DNA from: Octopus sinensis
Taxonomy: Eukaryota
DNA length: 33,000 nt
NCBI RefSeq assembly: GCF_006345805.1
Contig: NC_043004.1
Span: 54,033,001 to 54,066,000, forward strand
Reading direction: 5' to 3'
Positions 11,215-23,868 of this stretch are shown here, piece after piece. The position numbers were made by a program, and so were the translations under genes. Positions within the stretch are counted from its first letter, which is position 1, and the number at the start of each line of letters is the position of its first letter. The notes below the pieces were generated by a model, which saw nothing but the letters and a program-made list of their open reading frames with translations, did not search any database and was not told where the DNA came from.

Positions 11215-12029
11215 GACCGGTTACTTCCAGTGTGCCGCAGCCAAATTCACTCACAAAGCTTTTGTTCTACTCGAATAGAAAACAGTCGTTGAAGTTGCCG
11301 CACAGTACCATGGTTAAATATATGCATTGTCTGCCTATGTATAACGGAAGATGTGAAAGTCGGAATGGAACAGAAGAGAGATAACAAATTGAGAAACTTG
11401 CCGATCTGGTGTTGACGTTATCGTTCGAGTTTTGAACGAAAGATGTGCCATATGGGTACAAGAATTTCACTTCTGTTTTACTGTTAACGATATCGACAAA
11501 ATATGTATCAGACATAGAGACTGAGTCGATATAGCTGAGTAAATCTGTGAAGGCGATATGCCGTATGAGTACCCTTCCGTTGAATGAAAGAGAAGAAGAA
11601 TATTGATTTTAGTACATAAAATTATTATTCCTGACATGTATACACATCCGCGCGCGCATATGTACGCACGCAGACACGCACATGCGCGCGTTTGCGCACA
11701 CAGACACACTAATGCCTGAATATACATTTTGTTATCATACGTATACATACGTTCATGATCATATATAAAGAAATAGGCGTGCAGGAGTGTAGAGGCGTGT
11801 TTAATATGCGTGAAATGTATTGAAGCTACTACATGCTTTTGATAACATTCACTGAGCTGCATTGCACGAGAACTCGTACAGAGCTAATGGTATTCCATAA
11901 ATATAAAAGTTGACAAAACATATACCGTATACCAAAACATATACAGTCCGATTATTTATAGTTTTCCGTATATGACTTCTAGCGAAATAGTGGGGTAACG
12001 CGTTAGTTAGCATATATATAGGTTGTGAA

Positions 12030-12350
12030 GGCGCGTGGCTCAGTAGTTAGGGCATTCCGCTCACGATTGTAAGGTCGTGAGTCCGATTCCAAGCGACGCG
12101 TTGTGTCCTTGAGCAAGACACTTTATTTCATGTTGCTCCAGTCCACTCAGCTGGCAAAAATGAGTTGTACCTGTATTTCAAAGGGCTGGCCTTGTCACAC
12201 TGTGTGTCACGCTGAATCTCCCTGAGAACTACGTTAAGGGTACACGTGTCTATGGAGTGCTCAGCCACTTGCACGTTAATTTCACGAGCAGGCTGTTCCG
12301 TTGATTCGGATCAACCGGAACCCCCATCGTCGTACCCGACGGAGTGCTCC
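12030..12350 (+). mobile_element. tRNA-derived CORE-type SINE
   Basis: Head GGCGCGTGGCTCAGTAGTTAGG; CORE-like GTTGTGTCCTTGAGCAAGACACTTTATTTC...CAGTCCACTCAGCTGGCAAAAATGAGT; 3' part from TTGTACCTGTATTTCAAAGGG to GACGGAGTGCT shared with 29023-29371. Confidence 0.85.
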
Positions 12351-12524
12351 TTTTTACATATAGGTTACATCTTCTCTCCTCACTACTCCAAGATATACAC
12401 ACATACGCCATACATATATATATGTGTGTCTGTGTGTGTGTGAGAGAGAGAGTATGAGTGTCTGTCTCTGTGTGTGCGTGTGTACATGTATGTGTGTATA
12501 CATACATACATATATATATATATG

Positions 12525-12860
12525 CTTTATTTAAAAGCAGCCGAAATATAACAAAAGCTGGTACTCAGAGTTTCACGTTCCCGTTCGTCGGACAGTTTTG
12601 TTAAGAATAGAAATAAAGAGATAATTAAAACTAGTTAAAGGATACGCCTGTAAAAATAGATTTGTTTCATTGGTCCTTTCAGTTAATGGTCTTAAGTATG
12701 CAATGAACAAAATAAACAAAATAAATTCATTCAATATAAATTCTCATCTTATTATAAAAATCGAAGAAAACTTTAAATCGAAGAGTAGATTCAAAATACA
12801 TATTGTAAATAATTATATGTGAATTAATACTGCAAAGTAGAACATCATATATCCTTGATA
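12525..12860 (-). mobile_element. Probable 3' end of a Penelope-like element
   Basis: AT-rich body ending (minus) in ...TTTTAAATAAAGCATA directly into a (TA)n tract; contains a hammerhead-like fold, a known hallmark of Penelope-like termini. No RT or GIY-YIG motif seen, so the class is inferred. Confidence 0.5.
12549..12603 (-). ncRNA. Type I minimal hammerhead ribozyme-like motif (variant core)
   Basis: Minus strand TAACAAAACTGT-CCGACGA-ACG GGAA CGT-GAAA-CTC T GAG-TA-CCAGCTTTTGTTA: stem I (one mismatch, one bulge), core CCGACGA vs CUGANGA, 3-bp stem II, GAAA, palindromic stem III, GUA cleavage triplet. Confidence 0.65.
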
Positions 12861-12883
12861 TAAGGTGTTAACGTTGCTCCAAT

Positions 12884-14682
12884 AGTTCTTCTATTTTCAA
12901 ATTTGAAAACAGACGTCCTATTGTTGTGTGAAAGTACGACGTCCCTTGGCGGGAATGGACTGCACCACTACATATAGCGGTTTGAGAAGTTAGGTAGTTC
13001 CGTCTTGTTGATTGCTGTGGAACTGCTGTCTTTGTGTGGAACATGTGTGTTTTGGTCTTGCGGCGGTATTGTTCGACGTCTTCCCTCTTGTTTGATGGGG
13101 GCACATCGTAGGTTCGTGCCTTCGTAATGGAATACGAAGGTTTGAGTTCTTCTTCTTCAGACTTTACTTCGTCTGGGGAAGATTTGGTAAAAAGACTGAA
13201 GAGAATAGAAAAAGCAATGGAGGCGAAGAATTATGCAGAGACGAGGAAAAAGAAAAGCAAAGACTTGTGTCAGAAGGAGCTGAGTAAATTTAAAGAAATG
13301 CTTAAAAGGGAGGGGAACGACGTAAAAGTGTCCCCCGCCAAAGAAGTTTTAAGAGGAAAAAAACATTAATTACAGGATGTACTCAGCAACAACAAGGAAA
13401 ATTGAAATCATGTCGAAAAGGCACTGAAGTCGAAAAGGCACTAAAACCAATCTGGCAAGGGATTTCTTACCTTACCAGAGGAATGAAGTTTGGAGCAGTG
13501 GAAGTACAGTTCCGGGAGGCAGCTACTGCTAAGCTATACTTGGTAACACCCTTAAAAACGGATGAAGTGGTGCTTCTACTCATATACCTTGGAAGGCGTA
13601 CTTCCATGGTTAAGATAGAAGATATACCCCCAGAAATTAACGTAGCCTAGCTATCAGTTCCAAAACTGCAGGGCACGGAAAAGAAGTTAGTGATCCTCCA
13701 GGCCACCAGACCGCCCCATAAGAATTGGCAAGAGCAGAGCCTAGATATGATAATCCAGGCGGCCCCGGAAGACCTTGAAAACATGGTTGAGACCATCACG
13801 ATCGATGACGTGACACTCAGTGTCAAAGTAGAATGCAGGATTTCGCGATGCTATAAATGTGGCCTGAAAGACCACATTAGAGCGGACTGTCCTCTGCCAT
13901 CTGTGAAGACTAAAGAGAAACCCGAGTGCAGGAAAGAAATCGCGACTTCACCTCCGACGAAAACCTGTACCATCGCCGAGGAAGAGGAGGTGAACGAGGA
14001 AAAGAACAGATGAGAAACGGCTGGAAAATAAACGAAGAGAAGGAATAAAGCACACTTTGTAAATGATGACCCCCATCCGACACCCATCCTACTCACACCC
14101 ACACCCACTTTGATCCAACCTCACTACAAACACCAACCCTCTCCATGCCCCACCTGGCACAAAGACAAGCACAAGAACACAGAGGCCCCAAGCTTCCCCA
14201 CCCTTGTCCTGTGTGAAAAAATATGTTATAATGCACAACGGACAAAACGAAAAACTTTATAATGAGATAGACTCGTGGGACAGAGCGATAAAATTGAATA
14301 AAACAGAAGCTAGGGGATTGCTCGAGTACTTTTATTGTGCGGTGGCAGGGCCAGAGTATCTTTTGAGAATAAAGGATTATGGGAGGACTCTGAGTGGCGG
14401 ATCAAGACAATGGTCACCAACACAATACCAGTACAGGTAAGCTATCTTGAACTTTCAAAGAAATTTAACGTAGACATTATTCGGAAAGATGAAAGTTAGC
14501 GGTTAAAAATAATGTTACAAATAATGTTTTAAAAAGATGTATTAACAGTTTCCATGAAGTCGGTCGGACGTGGGGCCGAACGGCTGCATTTCATTTATCA
14601 TTTTATCTAATTCTTCCTTTTTTGTGTCCCCACCATCTGCTGTCCCCTCTCTGTTAGGCCCTGTGTGACCAATAAAAGAAAG
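12884..14682 (+). mobile_element. Tx1/L1-clade non-LTR element A, ORF1 only, with 3' tail
   Basis: Decayed ORF1 with CCHC knuckle, no RT/EN sequence, then pyrimidine-rich 3' UTR ending GCCCTGTGTGACCAATAAAAGAAAG. 5' boundary approximate (degenerate AGTTCTTCTA at 12884). Confidence 0.75.
13127..14440 (+). pseudogene. LINE ORF1 (gag-like zinc knuckle) pseudogene of element A
   Basis: CYKCGLKDHIRADC = CX2CX4HX4C in ORF 13690-14013; upstream ORF 13402-13650 is in the same frame, separated by a single TAG; further stops and a frameshift elsewhere. Confidence 0.8.
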
Positions 14683-15956
14683 AGTTCGTGCTACTTCTGC
14701 TCTTAGTAGTTGATTCACTTTTTTGTATTCAAGATTGGATTTGGCTGTTATTTGCTGTTGTTATACCGTAAGGTATTGTTCATTTGCCTGACTGGTGTTT
14801 GAAAATTTTTGCCTACTTGCGGGTGTTGTTAAGAAGTTGTGTGCCTCCCCTGCGGGTGAGGGGTTTGAAATTGTCTGTTGTTGAATGCTGTGAAAATCTT
14901 TTGTGAACTGATTGTTTTACCTTAGAAAATAAAGTTTTCGTTCGAGAATTGTTGCAGTTATTAGGAGTTTTTTTGAAAAACTTGAACATGTGATCTAGTT
15001 CAACAATGGAATTGACATTGAATGCTGAAGTAGGAAGAAATACTGAGGAAGGGGGATTTGTGCTGACATAATGAGTGAGTCACATCGGGGCGTAACGGTA
15101 TCAAGAACCGACTACTGAGCTTGCTGCAGCATGCTTACGTTTGATGGGGGAGATGTCGGCATCCCCCCACCAGTGATATAACGATGCAGAGAAGCAATGC
15201 AACCATTGTGTATGAGTGCTTCGATGTTTCAGAGAAGAGAGTCGCGAATCTTGAAAGGGATAGAAATGAAAGTGTTTCGGGCCGATATGGAGCGATATTA
15301 CGCGTATGGTCCACAGCAGGGGATTTGCCTGCATCGAGGTAGGGTTTATCAACGCTGAAGGAGCGAGGGAGCATTCCGTGACAGCGCTCAAGGCGAAGGG
15401 AGTGGTTCTGCTTCCCTCATATATGGGACGTGAAGCATCCCGGATCAGAATTGAAGGAGTGTCGCCAGAGGTTGACGTAAGATAGAACTGCTGAGGCAGA
15501 GAGGATAAACTTGACATCCTACAGATAACGCGCTGTACATTCCAAAATTTGTTGGAGCCGAGAGTAAACATTTTAATGCAAGCGACACTGGCTGACCTCG
15601 AAGAAATCCCCAATCGGGGAAGACGGGAGAGAGTCGCGCCGCTACAAATGTGGCATAAAGGACCACATAAGAGTAGAGTGCTGCCCCTCGAATAATAAGG
15701 AAGAAGAAGACCTCCCCTCGACCATAGAAAAAGCGGAGGAGAAAGCTGAATAAAAACAAAGCCCAAAAGAAATAATAAAAAAAAAGGGAAAAGAAGGTTG
15801 TAACACGTGAAGTTCCCCCTCCGGCAGACGACATGGGGGTCGTCATAACGGAGGAGAAATTCACGGAATTAACCAGAAAGAGACCAAAAAAACTCTCTAT
15901 GTTTTGTCTTTGTATTGTCCTCTCTTCGTTATGCCCAGTGTGGCAAATAAAGAAAA
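14683..15956 (+). mobile_element. Tx1/L1-clade non-LTR element B, ORF1 only, with 3' tail
   Basis: Starts AGTTCGTGCTA. Translated FGPIWSDITRMVHSRGFACIEVGFINAEGAREHSVTALKAKGVVLLPSYMGREASRIRIEGVSPEVDVR* aligns with element A ALKPIWQGISYLTRGMKFGAVEVQF...LGRRTSMVKIEDIPPEINVA*. Degenerate knuckle RYKCGIKDHIRVEC; ends GCCCAGTGTGGCAAATAAAGAAAA. Confidence 0.78.
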
Positions 15957-16135
15957 AGTTCGTGCTAGTCCCACAGTTCGTGTGTTGATAGTTTAAAGCT
16001 GGAGTTCAAAGTTTACAGTTCGAGTTAACGTGTTGGTATGTTGGTTCTTAAAAGATTGTTGTTACGTTTCGTGTGGTTACTGCCGTTTGTTTTGATCCTA
16101 TTGTTGTTACACTGTGGCAGTGTGTTCGTTTATCC
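15957..16135 (+). mobile_element. 5' stub of a third tandem element (C)
   Basis: Starts with the same AGTTCGTGCTA, followed by GT-rich sequence like the 5' UTRs of A and B; 3' limit approximate. Confidence 0.45.
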
Positions 16136-17567
16136 ATAAGCATAGAACAACTACTCATGCATATCGGCCACTTTAGAAGCTTTAAAGGAGAGTTAATCCC
16201 ACCGGCGTAATAAACATTTTTTCTTGCACATCGGAGTTACGGCCTCTTATGATAGAAATAATATTATATTGCATAGATACTTACATCTGGTATTGCGCCC
16301 GTCTGCTTGTTTCTTAAATAGAATTGATAATTTGGTGCAGTCACTATTTACAATAATGTTACGGTCATTATAAAAGCAACTACTGTCCATCATATATTTC
16401 TAGTAAGAAAATAATTTATGCTATCTGTTTGATGGAAAATAATAAATTTTGAGAATTCCCGTTGTGGTTGAAGGTGAGTAGGCAAATATGATTCCATTTC
16501 GATAGCCGTTCCCTGCTCCCTATCTTCTTCGGTCACTGTTTATTCCACATTTGATACTGTTTGTTCCTTTGAAAAGAATTATTTCTTTCTTTGAAAATGC
16601 AGTCAGTATCGCTGTAGTCACGGATTCTTTTGAAACGCTAGTTTACCAGAAACTATATCGTAAATTTGTTCACAAATGTTTTCTGCAAATTTGTAATTGA
16701 TTTTTACATCTCTGGTATGGGAGTTTCAAGCAAGAAAAATGCCATCAATTGTACAGTGCCAACAAGTATTGGAAAGTGAAGAATTTAGAGCGTCATATAA
16801 ACTGCTAAAGTTGCATTGACGGACATGGAAGTAAAATAGGAGATAGGTGCTATGTAATAAAATAAAATGCACAAGACAGTCTCGGAATATTACGAAATCA
16901 ATGAATAACAAAGGTGACATATACTAACCATAAAACCTTATTACAATGAAAAGATACTTTCCCATGAATAGAATGGACAAAAGCTAAACAAAAAAGTTAG
17001 AAGTGTGGACACGCTGTTGGAAATATATCTACACAAGTAGACTTCCCCTAAAAGTAGTGTGCAATGTGCTTCCACCTCTGAACAATATTAAATAATGGAG
17101 CTGTATTATTCCATCAAAGTCATCTGTTTTAGTATGCCCGCTGGTTCGTGAAGTCTTGATTATCATTTCTGATCAACAAACATAGCAAAACAGGAACAAT
17201 CTAATGATAAGCAACATCCAGTAGCATCCTGTTGTTTGCGACAAAGGACAATGCAGATGTTTCAATAACACAACAAATACCAAAAAATCTTCTTAATGCT
17301 AATGATTGAAAGGCACAAGAATATTTAAAGAGCACGTGTTCACGAACAACAATGAAATAACAAAACTGTGCCCCGAATTTACGTCATTGTCTTGTGAAGA
17401 CATCAAGCCATAAGGTCAGGACATTTAGTCAATACGTGCTAAATTTATTATGATACTTCCTAAAGAGACTTACCTTACCACAGAAAATCAGGTATTGACT
17501 GTACACTGTGGGAATATCTCTCCTTTAGCAGGCATATCAGAATTTATTTCAACTGTCATCCTTGCAT

Positions 17568-17735
17568 AATAGTTCCCAAACTGGAGTGCATGGACCCCTG
17601 ATGGTCCGCAAAGCTAGTACAGGGTCCGTGAACTAAATTCAAAATTTCATATATATACATATTAAAAGGGCTGCATCGGAAAGCACATTTAAATAAAAGG
17701 GTGGGGAACCACTGTGAAAAGTTTAGGAACCACTG
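17568..17735. mobile_element. Degraded hAT-type MITE
   Basis: Left end AATAGTTCCCAAACTGGAGTGCATGGACCCC; right end AAAGTTTAGGAACCACTG (revcomp CAGTGGTTCCTAAACTTT), typical of hAT/Charlie-type ends. Confidence 0.6.
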
Positions 17736-18119
17736 TCCTAACAGCTTCCCAGTCTCATCAGAGAACGAATCTCGAAAAAGCGATTATATCCAAAAACTAA
17801 TAAACCAAAGATTTTCAAAGAGATACTGAAATTCTATAAAATTCAGCATCATAGAAAACCTGTTGGTTGAAAAATAGCGTTTTACAAAGAGATATTTCGA
17901 TCTATAAACACATATTTAGTAACTACTAGCAGTTGCTACAAATTTCAGGTTCTGTGATGAAGTTTTATTAAGTCAAACGAACGAAGAGTCTGGCTTTAAA
18001 ACACAAATACGTAGGAGAAACAAAGTTTCCAGCCGACAGTTGTTAACTATTTTCTTATTGACTTGTTCCATTTCACTTTGCTATATATTATTTGTTATCA
18101 TGGCCTCACCCACATAACC

Positions 18120-19135
<1,016 letters not shown>

Positions 19136-19264
19136 CACAAGTGAATAAACTCCATTGTTTAAAGTAACATTCCAATCAAATATTGGTGAAACATTTCCAA
19201 ACAGATAAAATAGAAATCACGGCAGATTCTGACAATGATGAACGACGAAAACATGATTGCTTGG

Positions 19265-19553
19265 TTATTATACGTTTCGTAGTTGTTGTTGTTGTTGTTG
19301 TTGTTGTTATGATTGTTGTTATTGTAGTGGAGTCTTTGTTTTGTTTTTATTGTGCTCATGTTTGTTGCTGTCGTTACTGGAGAGGCATGGTCGTTCTTGT
19401 AGTTGTTGTTGCTTAGTTGTAGTTATCGTTCATGTACTTATGTTGGTGATTGTTACTATATTATTGTTTAGTAGTAGTAGTAGTAGTAGTAGTAGCAGTA
19501 GCAGTAGTAGTAGTAGTAGTGGTAGCAGCAGCAGCAGTAGCAGTAGCAGCAGC

Positions 19554-19592
<39 letters not shown>

Positions 19593-19820
19593 GGAGGTGG
19601 TGGTGGTAGTAGTAGTAGGTACAGTTGTTCTTGCCTTTGTTGTACTTATTGTTGTTATTGCTGCACCTGTTGTATTTAAAAGTTGTTTTTGTTATATTTG
19701 TTTGTGGTTTTGTAGTTTTTTTCTTCTCTTATACACTTGCGGGCAAGTGTAGTAGTAGTAGTAGTAACTAATATTGTTGTTGCTGTTTTTGATGTTATTG
19801 TTGCAGTTCTTGTTGCTGTA
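19265..19820. repeat. Compound trinucleotide block (GTT, GTA, GCA, GTG)
   Basis: Visible arrays. Confidence 0.92.
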
Positions 19821-21826
19821 TGAATGTAATGTTGGCAAACACGTGTAGTTTCTTACTTTTCTCTTTACCCTCTTCTTTGCTTATCGTCGAAACTAAAGTT
19901 CGATATTGAAACAAGTGGAAATGATCGATTGTCCAGGTTACACCCCCACTTTTCCATCCTCCCCTTTTCCTTCTCAATCTTATTTCTTTTCCTTCTCTTC
20001 TAATTTTCTTTCCTCTCTTTCTTCTTCGCTACAATTATTCCCCCCACCCTACACCAACTTTTGTTATCCCTGTTACTATTCCTTACAGAACCCCCCATCA
20101 ACCTGAATTTTACAGCATCTTCACCACAACGCCTCACTCTTCTCTCTATCGCTATACTGATCGCCTCCCACTATACCTCCACCGTCAGCATATGGGATAA
20201 ACAGATAAAGAATATGTGTGTGGGAGTATGTATATGTATGTATATGTATGTATGTATGCATTATGCATTTGTATATGTTTGTATGAGTGGAAGGGAAAAA
20301 GACAGATAGGGGGAAAGACTACGAGATTTCCAGGATGCAGCTTAGCAAAATTGTTAAGAATTTTGTTTCGTAACCATGGAGTTCTGCGTTCAATCATACT
20401 TCGTGGAATTTTGAGTAAAGTTCTTTTACCAAAACTGCCGGTCGACCTAATCATTCTAAATGAAACGGACACAGTGTAAACAGTTCAAATAAATGTTGGA
20501 TGTATTCTATCTGCGATTAAAGTATCCATCCTTGTCACACGCTACATCACGATTCTTCTATTGTTGGATTACATTAAAAGAACATGGTTACATCAAGAGA
20601 ACATCTCGGGTTATATTAAGAGAACATGAAGAATATTTGCACCACTGCACAGAACGTCGCATATTATTTCAATGTATGAGTAATTCAGTTGATCAAAGAC
20701 CTAAATATTAACCAGCGAAACCAATGATATTCATATAGTGATTGCACTCTCATGGCCCAATGGTAACATGTTGAATTTTCAAACATGAAGTCCCTGTAGT
20801 GATCTAACTATGCTGCACATTAGAAAATGTTCTGTTATCGTAACGTTTGGTCCACCAAAGTCTCACCCGTTAAATTAGGTAGATGGAAACTGTGTAAAAA
20901 GCGTTATCTTTAGATATTTAGATACCCATTAAAAATCTCAGTAGGTAATTCTACTGAGTTTTGTAAACAACTAGAAGATAGTTATGTTATTAGAGGCATG
21001 AAGACGCCAAATTGTTGCTGCATATACTCATCAAAGCAAAGATTAATGATGAAAATATTAGAATCACACAATACTTCTGACTTTTCTTGGTCTGTTTTTA
21101 CTGTAAGCAAAAGTTTGGAGCCAGACTTTGAATGAACTTTCATCTTAATATGAAGGCGTTTCGTCCGAGAGGCGCTCCAAGTAATTCTAATCTCTGATTT
21201 TGCTTATTTGTAAATGTTTTCAGTAATACTTCAAGCTGGTTGTCTTTAGCTGTTAGAAGACCCATCTTGTGAGTAGCAATTCAGCTTACCGAGGAGTAGC
21301 AATTTGAAAGCATTGCATTCATAAACATTGCGTCACAATTAGGTGCCTTATGGCGAGTTAGCAAGGTCTTTAGAAAATCGGGCAGAATGATTTCAAATTG
21401 CGACGAAGTCAATTTTGCCGATGTCAATTTCGCCTGTCATCCTTTTGGGATCGAGGGAAAATGTACGATTCCATGGCGGCAGAATGCCGCCATGGATGCG
21501 TTGCAGTATTGGCTTTCACATTGTGCTTTCTGATATTAAATTACAAGTTGTCCTACTTGAGAGCTAGATTTAATCGGACGTCTGATATAACACCACCATC
21601 TGGTATCTTGAATGCGTTTTGCTGAGTCCATTATGTTTCAAGCATTCCCTCTAGATTTCAGTTTGATGACAATTCGTTTGAACCTACTTCCGCGGCCCAG
21701 TAACGTGTCATAGACACTGAATTCCCTCAAAGACTAAAACTACAACAAAGCTGATACCAGGTTTTAAAATGTAGATAGAATATAACCGAAAGAGTATCTC
21801 AATACAAAGAACTGCATATTATTATT

Positions 21827-22050
21827 GCGGCAAGCTAGTAGAATCGCTAACACGCTGGGCAAAATGCTTAGCAGTATTCCGTTCGTCTTTAAGTTCTGAG
21901 TTCAAATGCCACCGAGTTGAACTTTGCCTTTCATCCTTTAGGGGTCGATAAAATAAGTACCAGTTGAGCACTGGGTTCGATGTAATTGACTTACTTCTTC
22001 CCCCGAAATTGCTGGCCATGTGTCAATATTTGAAATGATAATAATAATTA
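21827..22050 (+). mobile_element. tRNA-derived SINE, same family as 6435-6666
   Basis: GCGGCAAGCTAGTAGAATCGCTAAC... and GCCTTTCATCCTTTAGGGGTCGATAAAATAAGTACCAGT; (ATA)n tail abutting the poly-A of the opposite-strand LINE. Confidence 0.85.
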
Positions 22051-22061
22051 ATTTTTTTATT

Positions 22062-23822
22062 GGCAACAAGGGCTGACAAAAATTAATTATAACAAAAAAG
22101 GGACAAAACAGGACGAAAGGTTTCAAAGGGTTTTGTCCGTTTGTAAAATCGAGTAAAAACAGTTTAAACAACGAAAGATTATAACAATGAAAATCTCCCA
22201 ATAGGGGGAGGCGCTTCGAAAGGTTCCTGGTGGAAAAACCCCATAAAAGCCAACGGGAGCCTGGTCAAATGGGGGTAGAGAGCCCTTTCTCATTTTATAT
22301 TACCTTTTCAAATCACAGGTGTAACCTCAGAATGGCTCCTTTCATACTGGCCATTCTTGCAACATTTATCCACCTTTCAGCAAAGTTGCTATCGGACAGC
22401 ACTTCCCTCTCTACTCTCCTTCCTTTTCAAGTAGAACTTGAAAAAGTTGATGAGGCCTGGGCCAAAGAGGAAAGTGTCTGACCTTAGCCCTTTCAAACGG
22501 GTCCACCATACAACCTCTTTCGCTACAGCTACTAGGCAAAGGAAAACTGCTTTGCCCTCCCGGTTAAAGGAGGTCGGCGGGGCAGTCTTCACTATGGATT
22601 CAGCTGATAGCCGGATCCGTCCTATACGCGACAGTAGCTGTTCGACATAAAACCATAGTTCAGCAATACTCGGACACTGGACGAGTGCGTGCAAGACGGT
22701 TTCGTCGTCCTGGCAGCACCTCAGGCAGGTCCGGCTGACGGCACTTCCGTTCCGGTAGAGTTTACCTCGAACAGGCAGAGCCCCTCGGTAACACTGCCAG
22801 GCGAGGGACCTCTGGAAGTTGTCTATTGGCCCCGGCCCGAAAGTCCTCCCGAACAGACCGCTCAGCTCGTTATCGTCAACGCCTAGAGTTTCTCCTAGAA
22901 CGTCGTCGCACTTTTCTTCCACTAACCCTCTATAGAACGCTAGAGTGGAACTACTACCGATCGCATTGCCCGCCTGGCGGAGGGCGGAGAGAGCTTGACG
23001 GCACTCGAGGTGCCAAGCTCCCTTTCTAGATCTGCGTTTGATCCAGGTCTGCAGCTCTGTCAAAGAGACGAGCTGCGAAAAATCGCGTCTGACAAAACAC
23101 GACCACACCTGTTCACCATCTAGGAAACGCTTGAGATGTCGTAGCCTGAGCGCATGTCTGCGCATCAGTAACCACGGCATGCCAAGGCCTCCGTTCAGCG
23201 GTCGTTGACAGCAGATGGATCGCTTGACCAGTGGTACCTGACACTTCCACAAAAAGTCGAAGAGCAAGCGTACAAGCTTGGCCAACCAGCGGTCGGGACA
23301 AGGGACGACGGTCAAGCAGTAATAGATGACGGATGCGATGTACGCGTTCGCCACTTCCGCTCGACTTTTCAGGGACAGCTTCCTCTCGGCCCATTTCTGG
23401 GTGAGATTGGCCACCCGGCTCGTCACTTCTTCCCAATTTTTATCCAGCTGGAGGTCCGGACCGAACGAGACCCCGAGCAGTTTAACAGGTCCGTCTGTCC
23501 AGCGCCTCACGACGCTGTTGGACGGCATAGACTTGCCTCTCCAGGTGCCTAGTTGCAAACCCACGGATTTTTCCGCGTTAATGTTTGCCTCTGTTACTGC
23601 TTCGTATTCGTTCAGCGTCTCGCCGATCAGGTCAATGTGCCTGTGGCTCGACACCATCATGGTGACGTCGTCGGCATAGACAGACACCCTGTTTCCACCT
23701 CCTAGATCGCGCGGGATACCCCTCAAAGCCTCCAACTTCCGCAGTAATGGCTCGAGAGTCAATACGTACAAGAGGGAGGAGAGAGGGCATCCTTGGCGGA
23801 CCGAACGCGAGATGTCAAATGG
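22062..23822 (-). mobile_element. 5'-truncated Tx1/L1-clade LINE
   Basis: RT C-terminal half, 3' UTR and terminal GCCCTTGTTGCCAATAAAAAAA; LINE-like translation starts about PFDISRSVRQG. Confidence 0.93.
22389..23822 (-). pseudogene. LINE ORF2 C-terminal part: reverse transcriptase and zf-RVT
   Basis: VRQGCPLS..LY, YADDV catalytic motif, INAEKS, VKLLG, GGLGMP, and CLRC...ETVLHALVQCP zinc motif; open for roughly 475 codons, with a probable frameshift near the C-terminus; endonuclease and N-terminal RT absent. Confidence 0.95.
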
Positions 23823-23868
23823 TGGGAAAGATGAGTAACTTCCAGAAATCCATAACTTAACAATTCTT

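Noticed and set aside
15101-15864. 221-aa and 139-aa minus-strand ORFs
   Set aside because: Antisense shadows of the plus-strand ORF1 relic of element B.
16430-17560. Unique segment with ORF 16726-16920 and a consensus minus-strand donor AAG|GTAAGT at 17474/17473
   Set aside because: No recognisable protein motif and no open exon upstream of the donor; a single 9-mer can occur by chance.
19380-19800. Mucin-like Thr/Ala frame on the minus strand and poly-Ser/Gly or poly-Val ORFs on the plus strand
   Set aside because: Pure trinucleotide arrays with stops close by on both sides, and no non-repetitive coding context.
22438-23679. Multiple plus-strand and alternate-frame ORFs over the LINE
   Set aside because: Shadows of the GC-richer RT coding sequence.
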